This document shows positions 47,107 to 64,000 of a DNA stretch of 64,000 nt, piece after piece (position 1 is the stretch's first letter; each line of letters starts with the position of its first letter). Origin of the DNA: the human T2T-CHM13v2.0 reference genome, Homo sapiens; NCBI RefSeq assembly GCF_009914755.1, contig NC_060925.1; one strand, written 5' to 3'. The position numbers were made by a program, and so were the translations under genes. The notes below the pieces were generated by a model. The model ran no database searches. It saw nothing but the letters and a program-made list of their open reading frames with translations, and was not told the origin of the DNA.

Positions 47107-50100
47107 CTTTGTGGTTTTATGTACTTTTGGTCTTTGATGATGGTGATGTACAGATGGGTTTTCGGTGTGGATGTCCTTTCTGTTTGTTAGTTTTCCTTCT
47201 AACAGACAGGACCCTCAGCTGCAGGTCTGTTGGAGTACCCGGCCATGTGAGGTGTCAGTCTGCCCCTGCTGGGGGGTGCCTCCCAGTTAGGCTGCTCGGG
47301 GGTCAGGGGTCAGGGACCCACTTGAGGAGGCAGTCTGTTCGTTCTCAGATCTCCAGCTGCGTGCTGGGAGAACCACTGCTCTCTTCAAAGCTGTCAGACA
47401 GGGACATTTAAGTCTGCAGAGGTTACTGCTGTCTTTTTGTTTGTCTGTGCCCTGCCCCCAGAGGTGGAGCCTACAGAGGCAGGCAGGCCTCTTTGAGCTG
47501 TGGTGGGCTCCACCCAGTTCGAGCTTCCTGGCTGCTTTGTTTACCTAATCAAGCCTGGACAATGGTGGGCGCCCCTCCCCCAGCCTTGCTGCCGCCTTGC
47601 AGTTTGATCTCAGACTGCTGTGCTAGCAATCAGTGAGACTCCGTGGGCATAGGACCCTCCGAGCCAGGTGCAGGGTATAATCTCCTGGTGCGCCATTTTT
47701 TAAGCCCGTCGGAAAAGCGCAGTATTCGGGTGGGAGTGACCCGATTTTCCAGGTGCCATCTGTCACCCCTTTCTTTGACTAGGAAAGGAAACTCCCTGAC
47801 CCCTTGCGCTTCCCGAGTGAGGCAATGCCTCGCCCAGCTTCGGCTCGTGCACGGTGCGCGCACCCATTGACCTGCGCCCACTGTCTGGCACTCCCTAGTG
47901 AGATGAACCTGGTACCTCAGATGGAAATGCAGAAATCACCCGTCTTCTGCGTGGCTCACGCTGGGAGCTGTAGACCAGAGCTGTTCCTATTCGGCCATCT
48001 TGGCTCCTCCCCCCATAGATGTTAATTATATCCAGTTAATTGATGGTGTTGTTGAGTTCAACTTTGTCCTTACTGGTTTTATGCCTGCTGGATCTGTCCA
48101 TTTCTGACAGAGGAGTATTCAGGTCTCCAACTACAATCATGGATTCATCTATTTCTCTTTGCAGTTCTGATGTTTTTGCCTCTCATTTTAATGTATGTGG
48201 TTAGGCACATACATATTAAGGATTGTATATCTTCTTAGAGAACAGACCTCTTTATTGCTATGTAATGCCCCTCTTTGTCCCTGATAACTATTTTTGCTTT
48301 GAAGTCTGCTCTTAATGAAATTAATAGAGGTACTCTTGTTTTCTTTTGATTAGTGTTAGTATGGTATATCTTTATCCATTTGTTTTTAATCTATACTGTC
48401 TATTTTTAAAGCTGGTTAATTGTAGACAACATATACTTGGGTCTGGTTTCTTCATCCACTCCAACAGTCTCTGTCTTTGATTGGTGCATTAGACCACTGA
48501 CATGCAAAGTGATTATTGATATAGTGGGATTAATACCTACTCTATTTGTTAGTTTTTTATTTGTTCCCCTTGTTCTTTGACCCTGTTTTTGTCTTCCACT
48601 CTTTTTCTGTCTTTTGTATTTTTAATTAAATACTTTACATGGTTCCATTTTCTCTGTTATACTTTTTTCCATATCTATTGTATCTGTTTATTTAAACATT
48701 TTTTAGTGTTTGCCCTAAAATATGCAGTATACATTTGCAAGAATCCAATCCTTCAAATAACACTATACTGCTTCATGGGTAGTGTTTTTAGTAACAAAGT
48801 AACCCAATTCTTTCCTCCTATCCCTTGTGTCAATGCTGTTATTCATTTTACTTATATGTAAGCATACATAAGCATATAGATACACATAAGATATATACAT
48901 AAGCATATATAACCTAATACGTTATTGCTATTACTATTTTGAAAACTGTTACATCTTAGATCAGTTAAGAATAAGAAAAATAGAAGTTTTTAATTTTTCC
49001 TTCACTTTCTTCTCCTTCTGTATTCATATTATGCATATGTTTATATTTTGTAGTTGTTTCACAGTTCTTGAATATGCTGTCCTGCTTTTTCTAGTCTTTA
49101 TTCTCTTTGCTTTTCAGTTTTGGAGGTTTCTACTGATAGATCCCCAGTCTCAGAAATTCTTTCCTCAGCCACGTTCAGTCTACTAATAAGCCATCAAAGC
49201 CATTCTTCATGTCTATTACATGGTTCAAAAAAATTGTTTATATAGATGTATGGGGTACAGGTGCAATTTTGTTACACGCATACTGGTCAAGTCAGGGCTT
49301 TTATGGTATTTATCACCAGAATAACATACATTGTACCTATTAAGTAATTTCTCCTCACCTGCCCTCTCACCTCTTCCCCTTTCTGAGTCTTCATTGTCTA
49401 TAATTCCACTCTTTAGCTCCATGTGTCCACCTTTTTTCTCAGCATCCACTTACAGTGTTTACAGTGTTCTCATGTTTCTTTGTTTCTTTTCTTTTTAAAT
49501 TTCGAGACAGGCTACAACAGAATCCAAATCCATAGGTAAAGCAAACTACTCATGTAATTTCAAAGCTGAAGTTGATAGTATATTTGTACCCAATATGAAT
49601 GGTTCACCTGCATGAGTTTTGAGTTCTCAAAGGCCAGTAGCCTCCTTTCCCTTTTATGCATCTTGAGTACACTTGAGTTAGCCTATGATACATGAATACC
49701 TACAAAGTTGAGGCCTATAAAACTTACATGGCAAGCAATTTGAAATGTGCCAACAATGTGATACTGGAGCAACCATAGTGCTGAGAACAGCTTTGACTAC
49801 TGCAGGAAATCCACAAACCTCAAATTTAGATGAAAACATTTTTGAACTTAATTCATACTGAAGGACAAATTATGGTAATAGTGGAGGGAAAGTCTTTTTA
49901 TGTGAGATACAGGAGGCTCCTTTAGCTCTTTCACCTCCTAGAGTCACCATAGTGGTACCTTCATTTATTCCTTCTCAAATATTCCTCCCATCTTCATTTA
50001 GATCTGAGTTTCAGGCCTATATTATTTTCCCTCTTTCTGAAGAACTCTTGACGTTTCTTTCAAGGCATGTTTACTGACAACAAAGTCCCTCAATTTTCAT

Positions 50101-50859
50101 TTGAGAAAATCTTTGTTTCCCTTTTGAATGAAAATTTTGCTGGATACAGAATTCTAAATTGGTGATTTATTTCTTTCAACACTTTATTTTACTCTACCTT
50201 ATTCTTGTTTGAGTCGTTTTTGAAGAGAATTCCAACGTAATACTTATCCTTGTTCCTCCAGTAGGTAAGGGGTTTTTGTTTTGTTTTTGTTTTTTTGCCT
50301 TCCTATAGCTTCTTTAAGGATTTTCTTTTGTCTTTGATTTTCTGCAGTTTATGTATGATATTCCTGGGTGTAGATATTTCTTGGTATTTTTCCTGCTTGG
50401 CATTGTGTGAGCTTCCTGAATCTTTGGTTTGGTGTCTGCTATTAATTTTGGAAAATTCTCAGCCAATGTTTCTTTATTTTTTCTGTTCCTTTTTTTCTCC
50501 TCCTTTTGTTAGTCCCATTATACCTTTATTATCCTTCTGTAAGTGTTCCACAGTTCTTGGATATTTGCACCATTTCTTTTCAGTCTTTCTTCTCTTTGCT
50601 TTGCAATTTGGCAGTTTCTATTAACATATTTGCAAACTCAACAATTCTTATCTCAGCCATATCCAGTCTACTGCTGAGTCCATCAAAGGCACTCTTCATT
50701 TCTGTGAGACAGACATAATCTATAGGTGAAAGGAACTGATGTAAATACACCTTTAGTGTGAGATTTTATGCTTATCTGGCTAAGAGCTCTGCATGTATTC
50801 CTGTCTGTCTCCCAAAGTGTAGAAAGATTTTTTTTGTTGTTCAGTTTCTCTTAGGACAA

Positions 50860-51405
50860 CAGGTCGTTGTCCACAGTATGTGACTCAGCACCCTTGGATG
50901 ATGAAGTTGGCTAAGATGTTGGCAGGCAGAGAATCACCCATGGTGTTGCCAGTGGTAGTTACCGAGAAGCCAGCTGGGGTGCTACTGAATTCTCTGGGGA
51001 GCTGACCTCTGAGAGTTGCCCTTCAGGGTGCTGGAAAGACTAGCTGGGAAGTGTACCTGTGAGGACAATCCTGAAACTCACTTGGAAGCTGCCCTATGGT
51101 ATGCTGGCCAAACTCACTAGAAAGCCACCCTTAGGAGTGCCAGCAAAGCTCACTGGGGAGGCATCTTCTACCTATCTCACATGCCACTGGCAGCTATGTG
51201 CAGCAAGAACAAACCAAAAAAGCACTCAAATCAGGAAGTGGAGCTCCTTCTTCCCTCAGCATCTTTCTAATGCCCTCTACTGGCAAAGCTTACCATTGTC
51301 CAACTAACAAAGGGAAATGTTCACAGGATCCAGCTCTGCCATCCCAACCCAGGACAAAGAAGCGTGAATTTATAACTCAAATGTAATAAATTAATAACTG
51401 GCAGA
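50860..51405. mobile_element. Ancient LTR (LTR78-like) with internal ~36-bp degenerate repeats
   Basis: gccctctactggcaaagcttaccattg ... aataaattaataactggca resembles LTR78 from memory; aaactcact-type repeats at 51074, 51110 and 51146. Confidence 0.5.
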
Positions 51406-52306
51406 ACTGCCCATTACACATAGGATATATTCCAATTCTTTGCCAGCACCTATAATGATTTACTCTCTACCTATTTCTTCAACATTATTGGAGGTCCACC
51501 CTGCCTACTTTCCACCATTTTAGCCATTCTCTGTTATTTGCACACTCCAAGCTCATCTTACCTCAGAACCTTTGCCCTTGCTATACTCCATGCTTGGAAC
51601 AAGTTTCCCCTATATCTTTATATAACTAGCTCTCTATTAATATTTGGGTCTTTGTTAAATGTGACCTCATTTGAATAATCTAAAATGAGCCCACATGCCT
51701 ATAATACCTTCTGTTGTTTTGCTGTTTAGTTTTCTTCACGGTACTTATCACTAAATTATCCTTTTTTTTTTTTTTACTATGTTCTTATCCACATAGTAAT
51801 AAGCCAAGTAAGAGCCAGACCATAATCTATATTACATATCAGCAATAAGAAGAGTACCCGGCAAGTAGTAAGTGCTCATAAAAAATACTATATAGTTGTT
51901 GAATGAATGAGTGATCTCTGTTTTATAGCTGAGGACTGAAGCTCAGAGAGAGAAAGTAACTTTCCCAAAGAACACAGCTAGCAAGTGCCAGAGTCAGGAG
52001 TCACCTCAGGTCCTCCTGATCACAGTGCTCTGATTGTCATGGCTCTGTACCACCACCTCCCTGAGTGCTGGAAAGAGTGTAGCTGAGGTACATGTTACAG
52101 TGGAGTCTCTAAAATAATTGAGCTTTTGTTATCTCATTACCCATTTTTTTCTTTCTATGGATCTGGCTCTCTACTGTGTGTGCATAGATACAGATCCATG
52201 TACTCGTGCCCCCTACTCAGAATAATAATGTGTTAAATATCTTTCAAAGAAAGAATTATTAGACAAAGTCATGGAACTCTTCACCAAAAAGATGACCTTC
52301 AAGAGG

Positions 52307-53009
<703 letters not shown>

Positions 53010-53692
53010 TAAAATAAACCAGGGCTCTTAGGAGAAGTGGTCAATTCTAGCACTGGGGCAGGAAATACAAACATAGGCCTAAGGTACCAGGGCATAAGGA
53101 AGTGTTCAGAAAACAAAAAAATCACACAACGATGGGGATATGTTAAAAGGAACTGTAGCCAGAGAAGGGTTCCTAATGGCTGAAGACAGAAAAACTTGAG
53201 CAACAAAGTCAACAAAATAGTATTGGATTATAAAGTATAAATAAATATCCACGAGTCTGTCCATACTGATACAAATAAATGATTGAATAAATAAACAAGT
53301 AGTGGAGAATAGGTGGATCTCCCATACAGAAGAATCCCAAAAAATTTATGTAGATACTCTGTCCTCAAGGAGGTAGAGCATAATTCCACATTCAAGTGTG
53401 GGTTGCGCATACTGACTTCCTTCAAAATAATACAGTTATGGAGAGAGGAAAAACTAACTTCATAGTGGAAAAATCTGACAAACCCCACCTCAGCCAGGGG
53501 ATCAAGGTCAGCATCAATGGTATATATTTTTGATATGATGTGATAAGAAAGGCATATTATTTCCATAGTCTTCCTCAGCAAACCCCAAACATCAGCCTAA
53601 TCGTGAAAAAATCATCAGGCATCTCCCAGTTGAAGGGCCTTCTATAAAATACCTGGCCAATACTCCCCAAATCTGTTAAGGTCTTAGAAACT

Positions 53693-59887
<6,195 letters not shown>

Positions 59888-62800
59888 TCTTAGAAACTCT
59901 TACAGCCAAGAGGAGACTAAGGAGACATGCTGACTCAATGTAATGTGGTGTCCTGGATGGATCTGAGGAAGGGAAAGAGGATATTTGGTTAGGAAACTCT
60001 GAACAACTAAAGAAATCTGAGTAAAGTATGGATGTTAGTTAATATTCATGTATTAGAATTGGTTTACAGTGGTTACAAATTATAGAGGACACTGGGTATG
60101 TGGTATAGTTATACGAGAACAATCTGTACTCTCTTAGCAACTCTTCTGTGATTCTAAAACCATTCTAAAATAAAAAGCTTCCTTAAAAAAAATTGATGGC
60201 AGAGCAGGAGTAAGTATTTTTGTTTTGTAACCTTGGAAAAAAGAGAGTTGAGGCAAAATCCACAGAGGACTAGAACCTGTATTCCTATCTGGTGTGGGAG
60301 GAGAGAGATGACATTTGGTTGGGAGAAGGCTGGAGCCAAGTTATGGTGTTCAGTTTGTTTCTGCTCTGCTGTCACAGGGCTCTTCCTTGGAGGAGCTATA
60401 GCTCTATGGAACCGTATGAATGGGAGAGTAAGGTTCAACAGTTCGTTGGTGTGACCTGGGTGTATGTGCACATGCGGATGCATTGTGTACATGCAAACTC
60501 AAATCCCCATAGCATCCAGCTAGGAAGTCTAAATGAGCAAAGCAAGTTGGGTATAAGAAATAAGAAAGTGCTGGGAGCTATGCTTAATAGGAGACACAAG
60601 CCTCAAATAGCGGAACAGCTGCTGCTCTGTTCAGTGCCGGGTGATTTTTGCTGTGCGGGAAGGTGAACTGAGATGCATTTTCTGGTATTTCAAAAGAAGC
60701 TGAAAATCTAGATTTACTTTTTGAATGTGGAAAATTCTGCTTTTTAAATGTTGGCAACTATTTCAGAAAGTTTTTATTAATCATCATGTATGCCCAATCT
60801 GTGTTGAAGGAAATGTGTCTGTGGACTGCACACAGTCCATACCACCAGGTTGCAATTATTTCTGTCAACCTGAGCTATGCTGAGTCCGGTGGGCTAATAC
60901 AGATGAGGCAGGGCTGTGTCTGTGTGGTGTAGAGCATGGAGTCAGTCTGTGTCCTGAGCTGTGATGAGATCATTCTGTGAGAGTAAATAACTGAGCTTGT
61001 ACTTGAAAGTTGAGGACAATGTGGAGAACAAAGAGCTAAGAGCACAAGCAAAGGTCCAGAACTAGAACATCACAGGGTGTGTTTTGGAGACTGGATGATT
61101 TGAGTAAAGAATCATGAAGAGCAGAAGTAGTTATCAGGCTAGAAAGTTAGGCTGGAGCCAGATAAGGATGGGCCTGAGTATTTGGAATATATACTGTTGG
61201 CAACAGATGACTAAATACTCGGGTTCTCTTGAAGGAGTACAGGGCAGAAATCAGGAGATAGAATGAGAAATTTGACATTTACACCAGAACTTTCCAGCCA
61301 CAAAGAGCAAGGTAGAGTCAATTAATGCACTGAGTCTAGTTAGAATGATTGGGTTAAGGTGAGAGTGGCCATTCCTAACACTTAGCAAAACAGTGTGTAT
61401 GCATATGCCTGTGTGCAGTTATTTGATTATACATACACTTTCCAGCTGGGCTAGGCTGGCCTATCTGGGCCCAGTCAACTGCTGTGGACACTGAGCTTTA
61501 ACACCAATAAGTGCATGCCGTATTCATCCTCATTCTCATTTCTTTCTCAGTGCCTCTTGACCCTCCAAGGATTATTGCACTGATCCAGAACTGCTAAAAT
61601 GGAGAAAGCCAGGCCTGACCTGTGCGCACAGCACACAGCATTGATATTTGATGTGAGATTAGGTCAGAGTCAGCCGGGAAGCCTTCTAAAGCGTGGCATA
61701 CAGCCAACAAAATGAAAAGGCTTTATTCTGGGGGGAAATGTTTCCCTCTCTGCCTGGCTTGCTTTCCTTATCCTCCCTTAGACATCCTTTCCCCTAAATT
61801 CTAGTTCATTATTTTCATTTGAAACTCTCAAATTCCACTGGGCCACTAGCTGACCACATTCCTCCCTAAACAATAGCATTCTATTTTAAACACTTATTGT
61901 GCCAATGTTGACATTTTAATAGCCCAAGAGGGGCTGAAATAACTACTCCTACCTCACCACCATCACCAAGGAGATCAAGTATCATTTCTAGGATTTATGG
62001 TAAGCCCCTCACGGTGAAAGCACAAAAATCAGAGGCCAGGAAATTGGCAGCTACGTATTTTAAATAGGATTTCGGTAATCTTTGGCTGGTCTTTCCTAAC
62101 AATGTTGAAGTTGATATTTTGTAACTTAACATTGGTTCTAGTTCTGCCTGGTGAGTAGCTCTAATCTCATTTTCATTATGTGAGAAAACACTTATTAATT
62201 AGTAGAAACTATTGGCAAACTTGATATAGTTGTGAATGAATAATGTAAATCCCTAGTGGGGCCCTTCCCAAACCCTTGCTCCCCTTCCTAAATAAGCAAA
62301 CAGAGGGAAATTTCTGATTTTAGTGGGATGATGTACCACTGATTACCCAACATTGCTTATGACTTTACCATTAAGATTTATAATGAAAACTCTTTTATCT
62401 ATATGTAACAGGAATTAAACTTTATGCAACAAGTTAAATAACAAACTTTCTCGATATCCAAATGAGTGCTTTCTTTATCCAAGTTCATCAGTGTAGGGGA
62501 AAGTCCTAACCTTATTTCAAAAATGTGCAAAATATTTTGTAATAACTAGGTAATTCTAAAAACATATAAGGAATTATCTGAAGTTAAGTGTGGTGAGTGA
62601 AGTGGATGATTGATAGTCATTTGGGAGCAGTAAAGTGGGTAAGAGTAAAAATTAATGAGACAGTCTTCTTCACGTGGTTCAAAAAACAGCTTCTGAAGGC
62701 AGTTTCCCTGGAAGAGCTCCAGAAGTGTTCTTGTATGTGGCAGTAAAGAAAGACAATACTCCTGATGACTGGTAACCAAGTAATGCTGGCTTAAACAGTT

Positions 62801-64000
62801 ACTTATGTGATAATCAAACTTCCCTTGCTGATATAAAAGTTTTTATGTATTCTTGGTTTGATCACTCCTAATTTGTCTGCATGCAAGGAGAACCAGACTT
62901 AAGGTAGGATCCACTCATTTACTGACTGATTGCTTATTGAATGCCTTCTCTGTGCTGGACAGTAGGAGTAAGATGAGGAGCACTGTGGACTTTGTCCCTG
63001 CCCTCATACATTTATGATAAGGGGTTGTGGGGTCAGGGCATGGAAAAAACAAAAGGCAAATCTTTAAGACAAACTGATTGGAAACTACTGCTATTGGTTA
63101 AATACACCCACATGTTGAGATAATTTGTACTTTCCCAAAACATTATCTTGATAACATTATAGTCCCAGAAAGCGTTAGGGAATGTAGTAATGAAACTTTG
63201 GCAGGTCTTGTGCCTCTACAATGTTTGTGTTGCTCATGACCTTTGTACATGAATGCTTTTGCCCATGTGGCCAGTCAAAAAATGACCTGGTTGACCTGTT
63301 TTTCCAAAAGACCTTTGACCAAATCTTTGATGGACAAACAGAGAATCATGTTTTCAAGAAGGATCTACTTGCAAGCAAAGTTCTATAGTGTAGTCAGGGA
63401 AGGCTCTATGAAGTAATGAACTCTTCTGGCAAAGATCTGAAGGATGAGTAGAAAATAGTCTGGTCATGAGCTAGGGGAAGTGATTTACAGGCAGGAGTAG
63501 CATGTGGAATACAGAATAATTTGACTTTAATAAATTTCAAATGGTAAAAATTTTCCAAAGTTCAAAATAGAAACATAACATCCCGTGATATTAGAAAATC
63601 TCATTACTTTACTTTAGTCTGGCCAGAAATGTGTCAAGAGGAAGACTTCAAAGAGGTAGATTTCATCTCTCTGGCCTGTAAACAAAATGCCCAAAACACT
63701 TCCCCAAGGCTTAAAGTCAGTTTGTAATTACTCTTTTCATCACCTCAGAAGAATTTCCAAACTTTAGTAACGTAGTAAAATTTTTTTTGGCCTTTGTGAA
63801 TAAATACTATGAAATTTGGTTCAAAAGATAAAGCAAAGAGCAACTGAGGTCTTCAAAACATCATGTATCTAGAAGGTATTACCAAACATCCGTTTTTTTT
63901 TAAAAAGCATAAGGCATAAAATCAATTCACTAATGTCATGCTAGAGTGAGGTAGTAAAATGAGGCAACTCAGACCAGATGGTGTAATTCATAAACAGGGC

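Noticed and set aside
60154-60666. Overlapping 112/124-aa ORFs after the second L1
   Set aside because: No homology recognised and no convincing splice or Kozak context; consistent with chance

Overview
Human (primate) genomic DNA recognisable as the DNAJC6-LEPROT/LEPR locus (1p31.3), all genes on the + strand. 1-~7.8 kb holds the last three coding exons (J-domain, HPD motif) and the ~2.8 kb 3'UTR of DNAJC6 (auxilin-1). ~11.9-13.1 kb is the shared CpG-island promoter of LEPROT and LEPR. All four LEPROT coding exons can be reconstructed (131 aa endospanin-1/OB-RGRP, Vps55 family), plus a probable alternative exon and a ~4 kb 3'UTR. The rest is LEPR intron 2 (no LEPR coding exon is in the window). 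It is dense in repeats: Alus, MaLR/ERV1 LTRs, old L1M/L2, two full-length antisense L1PA elements with TSDs and a truncated KRT8 processed pseudogene. I found no wholly new biological system. The best leads are a ~21/84-bp phased GC-box array in the promoter, L1 antisense promoters/ORF0 pointing into LEPR, a nuclear-receptor motif cluster near 63 kb, and several retrotransposition footprints. Repeat subfamily names come from memory of consensus sequences, and their boundaries are approximate unless a TSD is given.
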